The notes: generated by a model from the letters alone, not told the origin. DNA of 64,000 nt from an uncultured bacterium (GCA_963759805.1 CAVXAT010000002.1:128001-192000); one strand, 5' to 3'. Positions 47,217 through 58,384 are shown, counted from the first letter of the stretch. Translations and numbers: made by a program.

Positions 47217-48515
47217 TTATAACCCAAAATATTGGGAAATACCTTTAAAATAAGCAGATGCGACTTCATAAATACGTGAAGAAATTATAACTCCATTAAA
47301 ATTAAAATCTTTTAGCGCTAGTCGTTTTGCTTCGTCTGGATTATTTTGGATTAAAGTCTCTCCATAGCATAATGGACTATGTACCAGACGTGTTAACGCA
47401 AGATTGCGGCAGTAAATTCCATCCTGCGCAAATTTTACAGCATCTGACAGATAAAAATCACTATTCATCAACGGAACCTTCAATCCAGTTTCCAAGTTCT
47501 TTACGATAGCCTGAGAAAGTCGCAACGATTCTTCAACATCATTTGACACAATAAGCCTTACAAATTCATAGCGCGCCGCCTGCCCCGAAAGCTCTCCTTT
47601 TAAAAAACTTCCTGGTATAAAAGCAAGGTTGTAATCCATCATGGAAATATCCTCGCTTCCGCCATTGGCATTGAAATGAATTATTATGGTGAGATGAGGA
47701 TTAAACTCATTTATTTTTTCTGAACGAGCTTTTAAATCAAGTGAATTATAACAAACCCTAAACAGTGTTTTCTTTATAAGTTGAACTTTATCCTCCAAGC
47801 TTGCCTGTGCCATTAATTTTAAGCGTCGTGCTAAATTTTCACTAGCAGCAACTGATGCCTGGGCATTTGCTAAATGTAAAAAAACTTTTTTTCGATTTTC
47901 TTCTGTAAGCCATTGGGTATCATCGGTAACGCCAAAAACATCCGCACACCACTCTTCAAATGACTGCTTAAAAACAGATTTCCCAGCCTCATCTCTTGTC
48001 AAAAAAACATCCGCACCTACTTGAGTCAAAAAATGTTTCAATACCATTGCTGTAACTGTTGCCAATGCCCCTTCATCAAATTGAATTCGTGTTTGTTGCT
48101 CGTCAGGAAGTTTCATATCGATAAAACGTTCTTCAATTTGAGCCATCCGTCCCCCCAGATGCCCTGGATCGATGGCAACCCTTAACCCATGAAACGGTTT
48201 ATCTGAGTATGAATTGGGCTTGAAGACATTTGTACTTGGTTTGGGGGATATTCCAAAATGCAAAACATATTCTGGTTTATTTATCTTTTTATTTTCTGCT
48301 GACGAAAAACTAAAAAGGGCGTCATCCGTAATTGCATAAAAATCTTCATTCGCAGAATCATGTAAAATGTAATGTTTTATTTTGTGTTCAGCCTCCTGCC
48401 TAGTTACAGCATGCTGAAAAACATCAAAGTCACGAAAAGTCATTGGATATATTAAATTTGGTTGAATTAAACCACAAATAATTGCAAAAAAACAAATACC
48501 TATAACCTTTTTCAT
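47217..48515 (-). CDS. N-acetylmuramoyl-L-alanine amidase (Amidase_3)
   Basis: VAIDPGHLGG, E, GADVFLTR, DLKAR, IIHFNA, YGE. Confidence 0.85.
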   Translation of the reverse strand: MKKVIGICFFAIICGLIQPNLIYPMTFRDFDVFQHAVTRQEAEHKIKHYILHDSANEDFYAITDDALFSFSSAENKKINKPEYVLHFGISPKPSTNVFKPNSYSDKPFHGLRVAIDPGHLGGRMAQIEERFIDMKLPDEQQTRIQFDEGALATVTAMVLKHFLTQVGADVFLTRDEAGKSVFKQSFEEWCADVFGVTDDTQWLTEENRKKVFLHLANAQASVAASENLARRLKLMAQASLEDKVQLIKKTLFRVCYNSLDLKARSEKINEFNPHLTIIIHFNANGGSEDISMMDYNLAFIPGSFLKGELSGQAARYEFVRLIVSNDVEESLRLSQAIVKNLETGLKVPLMNSDFYLSDAVKFAQDGIYCRNLALTRLVHSPLCYGETLIQNNPDEAKRLALKDFNFNGVIISSRIYEVASAYFKGISQYFGL

Positions 48516-48696
48516 GTTAAATCCCTATGTTTAAACCAGATTTCAACCTAAAAATACTAAAATAAATTATATACTCTTTACAAATAAAATGTCGAGTTAT
48601 AAGCTTTATTTTAAGGGGCGTCTTAAATTTTAACCAATTTTTAACTTAACAGGTTGATAACTTAACAAGTTAAAAACTTTAAAAGGGGTATACCTC

Positions 48697-50355
48697 ATGC
48701 AAGAGACTTTTTTTCTAAAAAAATTAAGTGAAAACTGGAAATCCGGGCTCGCTGTTTCACTGGTTTCTATTCCACTTGCAGTATCACTGGCCGTCGCATC
48801 ACATGCTACGCCGGTAATGGGCGTAATCACGGCAATTTGGGCCGGATTCATCGCCGCAATCTTTGGTGGTAGCAACTACAATATCATTGGCCCCACCGGA
48901 GCTCTATCCGGAATTCTTGCAACATACGCAATTGCCAATGGAACAGGAGTTTTGCCAACACTTGCAATCATGTCCGGCATAATAATTTTTGTTGCGTACA
49001 TTTTTAAGCTAGAAAAATACCTTGTGTTCGTGCCGGCAAGCACAATTCATGGATTTGTTCTTGGTGTCGCATTAATTATTATATTTAATCAGATAAACTT
49101 CGCTTTCGGCCTTACAAATTTACCGACACATGAAAGCTTTGTTCAAAATGTTATCGAATCAATGAAGCATATTCCAAATGGATCAGCAAGCGCATTTTTA
49201 TTATTTTTAATTTTTTCTGCTGTTCTTTTTCTTTTACTTAAAATACTCCCAACCATACCGGGAGCCATCATAGTTTCACCGTTTGGAATACTGATTGGAT
49301 ACTTATCAACACAGAAAATAATCCCAATCGAATTACAAACATTACAAACTCGTTTTGCAGATTTACAACCAAAATTATTCATACTGCCTGGCTTTATATT
49401 TTCACCAAAATTTATCATTCCTGCTCTAACCGTTGCACTAATTTCAATTCTTGAAACAATGATCTCTGCAAGAATCGCAGATGGAATGACGAAAACAAAG
49501 CACAATAAAAACAGGGAGATGCTCGGGCTTGGCCTTGCCAACATTGCCTGTGGCCTTGCAGGTGGCATTCCGGCCACAGCCGCGCTGGCGCGCACAACTT
49601 TAAATATAAAAAGCGGCTGCACAAGTAAAATTTCATCTGCTATAAACAGTGCTTTTATAGTGGTAATATCATTCATCTTCCTTGGATATTTCAAATTTAT
49701 GCCTCTGTCTGTTGTGGCAGCAATTTTGACCGTAACTGGGATAAAAATGATTGAGACGGAACACTTCATCAAAATGTTTAAAATAGACAAAACTAATTTT
49801 ACACTGGCATTTGTTGTCGCAGGGGTAACAGTTTTAGAGGACCCAATAATTGGAATTTTACTTGGGGCATGCGTGGCGATGCTTATTTTTATGCAGAAGC
49901 TTTCAAAGGGACAGTATGAATTGACGGAAAGCACACATATAACCGAGCCAATAAGCGTAGCAGAACCACTGCGTACAATAGCCCCAACACAACAACCAAC
50001 AACTCCCCCCGCTCCATCCAAAAATGAAACCCTGGTGTACTCAATCAATGGAGAACTTGCTTATATCAATTCGCAAGCGCATGTAGCGCGTTTTGAAAAA
50101 CAGAAAACTACCCATAAAAACATATTGCTCGACTTAAAATCTTTGCATTTTATTGATCAAGACGGCATTGACGCGCTTGATGAAATTGTAGAGTTTTTGC
50201 ACGAACAAAAGAAATTTGTTGGAATTATAGGGGCAAATGCTTTTATTTCAAAAATGCTTGAACAATCAAAAGCATTCAAAATATTAGAGCAGAACGGATT
50301 TGTTTTTGAAAATTTACAGAAGGCACTGCAAGTAATTAAAATGCGAAGCTTTTGA
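48697..50355 (+). CDS. SulP/SLC26 anion transporter with STAS domain
   Basis: SGLAVSLVSIPLAVSLA, FGGS...IIGPTGA, ELGLGLAN-like motif, PATAALART, STAS FIDQDG. Confidence 0.93.
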   Translation: MQETFFLKKLSENWKSGLAVSLVSIPLAVSLAVASHATPVMGVITAIWAGFIAAIFGGSNYNIIGPTGALSGILATYAIANGTGVLPTLAIMSGIIIFVAYIFKLEKYLVFVPASTIHGFVLGVALIIIFNQINFAFGLTNLPTHESFVQNVIESMKHIPNGSASAFLLFLIFSAVLFLLLKILPTIPGAIIVSPFGILIGYLSTQKIIPIELQTLQTRFADLQPKLFILPGFIFSPKFIIPALTVALISILETMISARIADGMTKTKHNKNREMLGLGLANIACGLAGGIPATAALARTTLNIKSGCTSKISSAINSAFIVVISFIFLGYFKFMPLSVVAAILTVTGIKMIETEHFIKMFKIDKTNFTLAFVVAGVTVLEDPIIGILLGACVAMLIFMQKLSKGQYELTESTHITEPISVAEPLRTIAPTQQPTTPPAPSKNETLVYSINGELAYINSQAHVARFEKQKTTHKNILLDLKSLHFIDQDGIDALDEIVEFLHEQKKFVGIIGANAFISKMLEQSKAFKILEQNGFVFENLQKALQVIKMRSF

Positions 50356-50379
50356 TTACTTGCAACCTGGCTATGAATG

Positions 50380-51693
50380 TCATGGCAAATCGTTCCAACT
50401 TTTTTTAATTTTTAAAAATACATCATGAAAACAAAAACACTCGGGGCGATCAAGTAATTTTTTACCAATATTTGGTTTGATAAAATCTAAATTTGCAAAT
50501 GCATATGCTGAAGGGAAAATAATATTTTTAAAAATACCGTCATTAAATGAATTACAAATTGCGCGCGTAAATCCAATTGGGCCGGTTATATGTATCGTTT
50601 TAAATCCACGAATAGACCGACGAAGCCCCGCATCTGTAGTATTTTCAGGCCGCTCAACCATCTGATATATTATATCATCAGTAATATCCTCAAATTGCTT
50701 AATAAAATGTATCATGTTGATCAATATAGGATGATTTTGAATCGCTCCAAAATGTCCACTCGCTGCCCAAAAAATTAGTTGCGATGCATCTTGCGTAGCA
50801 TAAAAATCATATAAAAAATGCAACTTTTCAAAGGATTCAAAACACAAAATATCTGTATCAACATATAAACCACCGAATTTATTTACTATTTCGAACCTGG
50901 CTATATCTGAGGCTTTTGCGTAATTTTTTTCCTCAAACAATGCTGTATCAAAGGTCCGCTGATTAAATAGACCGTCAGCAAAATATTTTGACAATAATTT
51001 TTCTGTCCACAAAACATATCTCCACCCCGGATGGCATTTTCTCCAAATTCGCGACCATTGCCTAAAAATTTGGGGGTAAATGTTTTGCCCAACCCATATT
51101 TGATGAATAATTTTTGGAATTTTATGCTTATTTTTATTGAAAGGCATGGCTGCTGATAAATTATTCTTTGCATAGTAACAGTTTATTTTCTTAATGATGT
51201 CTTGTTGCATTGCTGATGAAATGTAAATTTCAGATATCCTATCACAATATGGAACGGGACCCCAGCTATTCACATAATTACTGTTGACAACCATATTTTT
51301 TTCAAAATCAAAATCTATATGAATAGGAAAATCGTCAATATCATTTCTATACTTTTCAATATTTAAAACATAAATATCATCAATTTTTTTGTTTAAAAAG
51401 AAGGTTCGATTTTCTGGTTCAAAAGGACATATTTTATTAATAGTTCCATTTTGGGTCTTTGTTTTTATAACCTTTTCCTCGTTAGGGTGAATTGTAACAA
51501 CATTTTTAACATAATAATGCTCATCACATGTCTCGCATTTTTCAGAGCATAAGATTTTGATTTTTTGATCCGAATCTATTTGATTTTTCAGTAAAAAACT
51601 ATTTTGGCACAATTTTTGTATATTTATTGGCCTCAATGCTGAACTTGAAAAAAGGCAAAGACAGAATAATAATAACAACATGTTTTTATCCAT
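50380..51693 (-). CDS. secreted GT32-type (DxD) glycosyltransferase
   Basis: KIPKIIHQIW, SDIARFEIV...GGLYVDTD; signal peptide from ATG 51693. Confidence 0.82.
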   Translation of the reverse strand: MDKNMLLLLFCLCLFSSSALRPINIQKLCQNSFLLKNQIDSDQKIKILCSEKCETCDEHYYVKNVVTIHPNEEKVIKTKTQNGTINKICPFEPENRTFFLNKKIDDIYVLNIEKYRNDIDDFPIHIDFDFEKNMVVNSNYVNSWGPVPYCDRISEIYISSAMQQDIIKKINCYYAKNNLSAAMPFNKNKHKIPKIIHQIWVGQNIYPQIFRQWSRIWRKCHPGWRYVLWTEKLLSKYFADGLFNQRTFDTALFEEKNYAKASDIARFEIVNKFGGLYVDTDILCFESFEKLHFLYDFYATQDASQLIFWAASGHFGAIQNHPILINMIHFIKQFEDITDDIIYQMVERPENTTDAGLRRSIRGFKTIHITGPIGFTRAICNSFNDGIFKNIIFPSAYAFANLDFIKPNIGKKLLDRPECFCFHDVFLKIKKSWNDLP

Positions 51694-52990
51694 TGCACTT
51701 TTTTTTATCTTCTTTATCTTGCGTAGTAACATTTGATTGACTAACTCCTACACTGTAGCTATAAATTCCACGAGCACAAAATGATTCAGGTTGGCTTGCT
51801 AAATGAGTATAAGCAGCCTGCACCGGTTCTTCGATATGATTAAATTCCATTTCAACATCGTTCCCATCAAAAAATGTTGCCGGAAATATTATATCAACAT
51901 TAGATTTTTGATCGATACTGTTATACACACATAAGGTAAACATCTGATGACCAAGATTTTTTGAGGTCCAGTCATAAAATCCACCTGGCGGTGTTTCACA
52001 ATTTTTTATGTAATCCATACATGCTTTTAGAATTGGATGACCAGATCGACTACCAAAGACTCCATTGTTAATACATCCCCATGTATCAAAATGGCCAAGG
52101 CCACAGTAAAAATCATATGCCTGATGAAGTGGTGCAAAACTTTCAAAGCATCGTATGTCTGGGTCTACGTACAAACCCCCATATTTATTTAAAATTTCAT
52201 AGCGAGCAATTTTGGACATCGTGGCATAATCGTACATATCTTCGGCTTGCGTATATACTGCCTTGTTAAACAATCCATCAGGAAATTCCCGTTTTATGCG
52301 ATCTTCATTCCATAGCATTAATGTCCAATCCGAATGTTTTGTTTTCCACTCATCTTGCCATTGTTTAAATAATTTGGGTTGCTCAAACCCACCAAACCAA
52401 CAAATATGGATATAATGAGGAATTTTGGGAGTTTTTGATACTCCATTGGAAGCGTTTTGTTTGGCTTTTAGATTATTTTTTTGATAAATATTTTTTACTT
52501 TGCCAAAAAAATCCTTAAAAGAAACATTGACCGGCAAACATTTTACGTAATTTCGATGACCATTTTTAAGCATCTCATAGTCGTCATTATCTTTAAGTGT
52601 ACTATCAAAATCAACATAGTAAGGAAAATCTGTTCGTTGTTTGGTGCCTATTTCAAATATTTTGCATGGGGGATTTACTTTAGAAGTTAAGTACAAATAT
52701 GCCCCTTGATCGGAAACACTCATAGTTTTGATATAATTTGGCGCATCAGTAATCAATAGTTTTTCGCCAGCTTTGACAACAAACGTTTTTTCATAATCAT
52801 CTCGAAGGCAAGGGCAATCGGGGCATTTTTTATAAAATGTAACATTAAGTGTTTTATCATTTGATGTCACATTAGTTACACGGGCTGATGGTAAAATCAA
52901 TTTAGAAATATTAATTGCTGATAACTGAGATATTGTTATCAGAATCAACGTAGCAATATTTGATCGCACAAAATTAAAAACATCACTCAT
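51686..52990 (-). CDS. secreted GT32-type (DxD) glycosyltransferase
   Basis: KIPHYIHICWFG, ARYEILNKYGGLYVDPD, HPILK; start ATG 52990. Confidence 0.82.
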   Translation of the reverse strand: MSDVFNFVRSNIATLILITISQLSAINISKLILPSARVTNVTSNDKTLNVTFYKKCPDCPCLRDDYEKTFVVKAGEKLLITDAPNYIKTMSVSDQGAYLYLTSKVNPPCKIFEIGTKQRTDFPYYVDFDSTLKDNDDYEMLKNGHRNYVKCLPVNVSFKDFFGKVKNIYQKNNLKAKQNASNGVSKTPKIPHYIHICWFGGFEQPKLFKQWQDEWKTKHSDWTLMLWNEDRIKREFPDGLFNKAVYTQAEDMYDYATMSKIARYEILNKYGGLYVDPDIRCFESFAPLHQAYDFYCGLGHFDTWGCINNGVFGSRSGHPILKACMDYIKNCETPPGGFYDWTSKNLGHQMFTLCVYNSIDQKSNVDIIFPATFFDGNDVEMEFNHIEEPVQAAYTHLASQPESFCARGIYSYSVGVSQSNVTTQDKEDKKKCNG

Positions 52991-53205
52991 GCTAAACCCT
53001 TTAATCTTTAAAAAATATGTAATTGATATGGAAATGTAGCACAAAAATCGAATTATGGCCAAACAAGTCAAATAAAATAAACAATTATTAACACTTGTTG
53101 CGCTTTAACTTGAATTATCTAGATTTTCATGCAATTATTCTCTATTAATTAGAAAAAAACTTTTGTAATGAAATTTTAGAATGTAAGCGGCAGGAGTAAA
53201 TAGTC

Positions 53206-54153
53206 ATGGAAAAAACACTACTGGTGTTTTTGCTCATTTTCGAACAAACATTGGTAGCACAACAAGCAGCAAATCAACCTACGGTAATCCAGCAAGGCAA
53301 TAGCCCCTCACAAGAAGATCACTTACTCACGAACGCAACAAGCAATAAGTCTGATATCGCAATGAACAAAGGGTTAAAGTTTAGAACTTTGATAGACTTG
53401 AACTTGGTCAAAAATTGGGAACAAGATGGTTACCCTGAAGATTCATATTCAGACTTAGATAATACAAATACAAATAAAGAAAACTTAATTATCAAAAATT
53501 TAATAAGCGATGGGAACATAATTTTTGATGTTGGGGCAAATGTTGGAGATTGGACCAATCAGGTGTTATTAAACCACAAAGATACTTGTATTTTTTCATT
53601 TGAACCACTTCATTTTTTAGCTGAATCAATGAAAGAACGCTTTAAGGATAAAAAAGTAAAAATATATGAATCTGCAGTCTTTTCCGAAGAAAAAACAATT
53701 ATCTTTAATTATTATGAAAAATGGCCACAAAGCAGTTCAATTTATCCGCAAAATTGGCTTACGACTTGGCTTCAGGAACCCAAAAAGATATCGGTCAAGA
53801 CTGTATGTCTCGATAAATTTTGCACAGACAATAAAATCAATCATATTGATTTTTTAAAAATAGATGTTGAGGGGAGCGAGCTGGATGTTTTAAAAGGAAG
53901 CTCTGATTTGTTAAAAAAACATGCAGTTGATTTTATCCAATTTACATACAACAGGGCGTATTTTGGCGCCCAAATACGCCTCAAGCAGATGTATGATCTG
54001 TTGGCTAGTTTTAAATATTATATTTTCAAAGAGTACGCAGATGGACTGGTTTACATTCCCCAATGGGATGATTCTTTAGAAAATTATAGACGCTCAAATT
54101 ACATTGCAATTGCAAATTTCGATCCAAGTAGTACAAGGCAAAGAGACCTATGA
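53206..54153 (+). CDS. FkbM-family methyltransferase with signal peptide
   Basis: IFDVGANVG, FEP, LD.F......IDFLKIDVEGSELDVLKG. Confidence 0.88.
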   Translation: MEKTLLVFLLIFEQTLVAQQAANQPTVIQQGNSPSQEDHLLTNATSNKSDIAMNKGLKFRTLIDLNLVKNWEQDGYPEDSYSDLDNTNTNKENLIIKNLISDGNIIFDVGANVGDWTNQVLLNHKDTCIFSFEPLHFLAESMKERFKDKKVKIYESAVFSEEKTIIFNYYEKWPQSSSIYPQNWLTTWLQEPKKISVKTVCLDKFCTDNKINHIDFLKIDVEGSELDVLKGSSDLLKKHAVDFIQFTYNRAYFGAQIRLKQMYDLLASFKYYIFKEYADGLVYIPQWDDSLENYRRSNYIAIANFDPSSTRQRDL

Positions 54154-54290
54154 GGCGTGCGGCAGCAAACTTGTTCACCGAGACCATGATAAAGAAGATA
54201 TTGTCCGCATACGTCTTAAAAGTTTTGATTGGTTATCGTTATGCATAAACAAGCATACAACACAATAAAAAGAGTGTGCTATTCACAAAC

Positions 54291-54800
54291 TCATTCTATC
54301 TGATATAGATTATTAATCTGAGTGATTTGATTTTGAAGATCAACGATTTGGTTATTCAGTAGCGTGACTTGTAGTTGAGCGCCTGTGAGCCCTCGCAAAT
54401 ATTGAAGCTCTAGTTGAATCTGATTGATTTGCCCTTTAAGTTGCGCAATTATAGTTGCTTTGGCTGCACGCCTATCTATCGTATACGTTCTTCCCTTTTC
54501 AACACTACTTTTCCACAGGTATACAGGGGCAACTCCGAGTACCGCTAATGTTACCTGAATGTAGGTACAACCTTTTAGCGGGACGGATATAGTTTGTTTA
54601 TTAAGGGGGCATTCGGAAACCGAAACGTACTCTTGGGTCTTACATGTTGAATCTTTATAAAGCTCAATCTGATTTATCATAAATCCTTTTGGAATTATGA
54701 GTGCTGCAGATGGCTGATTAACAGCACATTTGATTTCTCTTGCTGTTCCCATAAGAGCACTCAGCAATACAACGGTTAAAGTAACTTTACAAGTCATCAT
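54291..54800 (-). CDS. secreted hypothetical protein with C-terminal coiled coil
   Basis: RBS aaggg, signal peptide, Q/N/L heptads. Confidence 0.65.
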   Translation of the reverse strand: MMTCKVTLTVVLLSALMGTAREIKCAVNQPSAALIIPKGFMINQIELYKDSTCKTQEYVSVSECPLNKQTISVPLKGCTYIQVTLAVLGVAPVYLWKSSVEKGRTYTIDRRAAKATIIAQLKGQINQIQLELQYLRGLTGAQLQVTLLNNQIVDLQNQITQINNLYQIE

Positions 54801-55102
54801 ACGTTCCCTTTTTTTAAAATGAAAATAATCATATTTATTTTCTAATATAAATATGACTGATAAATGACAGTTAGCACAAGAGTTTAAAGAAAAAACAATA
54901 CGTTATAGAGTATTTAAGCTGGGACCAAATTTTATTACACAGATATTTTGGCTTTAAAATCGTAATTTTTCCTGTTTAATACGCAAGCCCTAGTTTAACC
55001 ACCATTAAACCGGTTAATATAATAATTAAGTATTATGAATAAATTTTTGTTTTTTACAATTTTTTTAACCATCACGAAGGAGCACAGATAAAGGAGGAGA
55101 TC

Positions 55103-56695
55103 ATGACGATACATAAATGTTTGATTGTTGTAATTGTGCTAAGTATCATCGACATCCTCAATACCCCAATTGCCTCTTCAATGCAACAGAAGCAATCGAC
55201 TCAGCAACCAGTGCAACAAGACCCATTGCACCAAATGGTTAATGCCGCGGTAGCAGAAGCGTTGAGCGGCCAAGCAAATATATTAAAAGAATTTAATAAG
55301 AAAATACATGAATGTATCGATCCTCTAAATGAATCTATACATTTAGCACGTTATGCTAATGGAAGTGCCCTGGATGCTCTGGAGAAAATAAAAGAAGTAT
55401 CTGCGCATCTAAGCGAAACAAGAGCAGGTGTAGAGCAAGTCAAAAATTTACCGGCAGACTTGAAAAGGCAGGCTCAAGCTATTAGTGCAAATCTAGAACG
55501 TGATTCTGAACGGATAAGCACTGCACTTTTGAATGTTTTAAAAGTAGGCAGAGGCAACCCAGAAGAAAAAACTAAAACAAAACTAGCAGAAATAGCTGAA
55601 AAAAAACGACTCGGAATTTATGAGCAAGAAGCATCAATTATGGCTGAGGGAAATGTTAAAGTTGAAAAAGCAAGAGGAGAATGGGTCCGTGAGATGATAG
55701 GAGATCCAAAACTCATGATAAAAATTGCAGTTACAATAGTAGTAATTGCTTTGTGTATCTACATACTCAAGTATGGCTTACCAGTACTTGTAAATTATTT
55801 GACAAGACCACGTGTTATAAGTGAAACGTCAAGACCTGGATTGTTTGAATGGTTTAAACCAAAACAAACCGTTAATATTGATGACTTAATTTTTGCACCT
55901 TCTCTGCAAAATCAACTTTTTGATCTCTTATTGCGTGTACAAACTGCAAAAAAGTATGATGAATTACTCCCCAATGTTCTTTTTTACGGAGCTCCAGGAA
56001 CTGGCAAGACAGCTTTTGTTAAAGCATTGGCTTATGAATCAGGACTTGATTATGCATTAACATCCGGTTCAGAATTTGCAAAAATTACGGACCTTAACCA
56101 GGCTAACAACGAATTACGAAAACTCTTAAAGTGGGCAAAAAGAAGCAAAAATGGATTGATTGTTTTTATTGACGAGGCTGAATCTCTGTTTGCAAATAGA
56201 AAGCTGCAAACCACATCCAAGTCAACGCAAGATTTCATTAATACATTCTTGTCACTTGTTTCAGATCAATCACAAAAAAAAGTTATGTTTATTTTCGCAA
56301 CTAATCACCCATTTAAACTTGATGATGCAATTACCAATCGCGTTGGAACAAACATTGAGTTTACTTTGCCAGAAGCACCCGAACGAGAAAAAATTCTTTC
56401 TACATACCTTGTAAAATCTGCGCAAGAAAACGAAGCTGCAATTGTTGATTTGCATCCGGACGTTATAAAATTGCTTCCAGCTTATGCAGATGAGCTCAAA
56501 GGCTTTTCGCCACGAGCTATTAAATTTGTTGCCGAAGAGATGATTATTAATGCACGACGACAAGAATCTATGCAATTGACTAATGACATTGCACAAGCAG
56601 TAATGGACCAGGCAAAACATAGCTTGCGACAAGCAGTTCTGTGGGAAACGGAACGAAAAGAATGGAGTGGAGATGCAAATGTTATTCATTCATAA
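55103..56695 (+). CDS. ATAD3-like AAA+ ATPase (signal peptide, coiled coil, TM helix, AAA)
   Basis: RBS aaggagga; RPRVISETSR, NVLFYGAPGTGKT, SGLDYALTSG, WAKRSKNGLIVFIDEAE, ATNHP..LD.AI.NR. Confidence 0.82.
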   Translation: MTIHKCLIVVIVLSIIDILNTPIASSMQQKQSTQQPVQQDPLHQMVNAAVAEALSGQANILKEFNKKIHECIDPLNESIHLARYANGSALDALEKIKEVSAHLSETRAGVEQVKNLPADLKRQAQAISANLERDSERISTALLNVLKVGRGNPEEKTKTKLAEIAEKKRLGIYEQEASIMAEGNVKVEKARGEWVREMIGDPKLMIKIAVTIVVIALCIYILKYGLPVLVNYLTRPRVISETSRPGLFEWFKPKQTVNIDDLIFAPSLQNQLFDLLLRVQTAKKYDELLPNVLFYGAPGTGKTAFVKALAYESGLDYALTSGSEFAKITDLNQANNELRKLLKWAKRSKNGLIVFIDEAESLFANRKLQTTSKSTQDFINTFLSLVSDQSQKKVMFIFATNHPFKLDDAITNRVGTNIEFTLPEAPEREKILSTYLVKSAQENEAAIVDLHPDVIKLLPAYADELKGFSPRAIKFVAEEMIINARRQESMQLTNDIAQAVMDQAKHSLRQAVLWETERKEWSGDANVIHS

Positions 56696-57536
56696 TGACA
56701 ATCTGCTACAAAGTCTGCTTTTCACAAATTTGAGATATCTGTTTTTTTGCATTGCATGTTTTATTGCTTTGAGTAGTTATAGGTCTTTATGGGCACAAAG
56801 TTCTAGTGAGAATCATGAATTTAACACTCTTGTGGAAAATATTTATGATCTCCTGCTACAAGGACATTCGGCCGACGATATTATAGAAATGCTCGATGAT
56901 GAACAAGAAAATCCCTACAATGTTCAAAAACTCGTAACATACATTCATGATCAATTGAATGGGAACAAATCAAAGGGAGCTATTACAAAGGTTATTTCGA
57001 GTAATAAAGAATCCGAAAAATATTATTCGCGAAAAAATTTTTTAACAAATGTAAAAATTTGTTATTTTGTTTTGAAAATTGTTGCAGTTATTGTCGCTAT
57101 TATAGTTGTTTGCAATTTATTATCGTCATGGTTTCCCGGAATGTTTGGATTCCTGCCAGGATTACCAAAACCTAAAAATCAGAGCAATGCTGATGTTGAT
57201 AAAAAATCTGATACTAGTGAATCTGGTACTAGTGAATCGAAACATAACGAAGAGACTCCATTGGCTTGCAGCGAGTCAGAATCTCATGAAAAAAGCTCTC
57301 AACCAAGCCTGGAAGTCCTTGGTCCCTGTGTTGAAATGGATTCTTTTGATAGCAAAAAATACGCAGATATTATTGCCCAGCTTGAGTATGCAAAACGTGA
57401 AAATTATATACCCGCGAATGGGGTCTTTGATGTTATTGGAGCAGATAAAGAGCAAGTCGATACTCATTCATTATTTTACAAAATGCGATTAACGGAACAG
57501 ATAGCGTTTGTAAAACGTAATGGCTATATAAAATAA
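56667..57536 (+). CDS. hypothetical membrane protein
   Basis: Two hydrophobic segments and an S/E-rich tail; overlaps the AAA gene end. Confidence 0.6.
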   Translation: MEMQMLFIHNDNLLQSLLFTNLRYLFFCIACFIALSSYRSLWAQSSSENHEFNTLVENIYDLLLQGHSADDIIEMLDDEQENPYNVQKLVTYIHDQLNGNKSKGAITKVISSNKESEKYYSRKNFLTNVKICYFVLKIVAVIVAIIVVCNLLSSWFPGMFGFLPGLPKPKNQSNADVDKKSDTSESGTSESKHNEETPLACSESESHEKSSQPSLEVLGPCVEMDSFDSKKYADIIAQLEYAKRENYIPANGVFDVIGADKEQVDTHSLFYKMRLTEQIAFVKRNGYIK

Positions 57537-57643
57537 GCCTGCAGTTGGCTTTACGATAGGGGGTGCCTAGAGAATTTCTCTTATATGCAAAGCATTCAAT
57601 AACAAATATATTTTTAAATTTTAAAACGATTAGGATAGGAATT

Positions 57644-58384
57644 ATGAAGAAATTTATGTTGCAATCAATATTATTTGCCGGAATGATTGTTTTCAACTTG
57701 GTAAACGCAGATAACGACCACATTGAATTTATTGAATTTGCCAGGAACGAAGTATCTATTCCAGAAAGATTAGGAAATCTTCAGCTTTATAAGGACAATT
57801 ATGGATTTCATGTTTTTAAAGACGGTGAAACTTATGACATCCCCAATTATTTTTGTGATCCATTGTTACTAAGAATGTCCAATGAACAACTAGTGAATTT
57901 CTTAGGAAGAAACAAACCCAAGATTATTACTCTAACGCCGGAAGAAGTTAGCCAAATAAATCCAAATAACATGGTTGAAATAACTGACGCCGAAAAGGAC
58001 AATCTTCTAAGCCTATTATTTGGTAGTGGATACATTGCAATTAATCAGATGGATGATGGCGAATATATCCTTCGCGCTAAAATAAGACTTCTGGGGGGAG
58101 GTTTTTTTGGATCTATGGCTAAAATTTTCACTGTGGGACTTGCCGTAGATCTTGTCGGCTGTATGATACTAAGCCCTGTAGGATACTACTTTGTATTGGC
58201 ACCCATAGAATGTATTGCTGTAACAATTTATCAAATAGCAACTGAAGACGATCCTAAATCCACTGCCGCAAAACAACCAGAACCTAATCCAGCACCCAAT
58301 CCAGCACCACAGCCTACAGATCAATATGAATTTGTGTATGAACCTGAACCTATACCCTACATTACTTCTGTTCTTGGTGAGTAG
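57644..58384 (+). CDS. secreted hypothetical protein with RLLGGG motif, TM region and Pro-rich tail
   Basis: ATG 57644 follows agga; signal peptide; PEPNPAPNPAPQP. Confidence 0.65.
   Translation: MKKFMLQSILFAGMIVFNLVNADNDHIEFIEFARNEVSIPERLGNLQLYKDNYGFHVFKDGETYDIPNYFCDPLLLRMSNEQLVNFLGRNKPKIITLTPEEVSQINPNNMVEITDAEKDNLLSLLFGSGYIAINQMDDGEYILRAKIRLLGGGFFGSMAKIFTVGLAVDLVGCMILSPVGYYFVLAPIECIAVTIYQIATEDDPKSTAAKQPEPNPAPNPAPQPTDQYEFVYEPEPIPYITSVLGE

Noticed and set aside
49940..49975. aagcgtagcagaacca in the SulP linker, as a possible A remnant
   Set aside because: Similarity too short and no paired arms.
49143..50048. 301-aa antisense ORF
   Set aside because: Mirror frame of SulP, with no RBS or motif.
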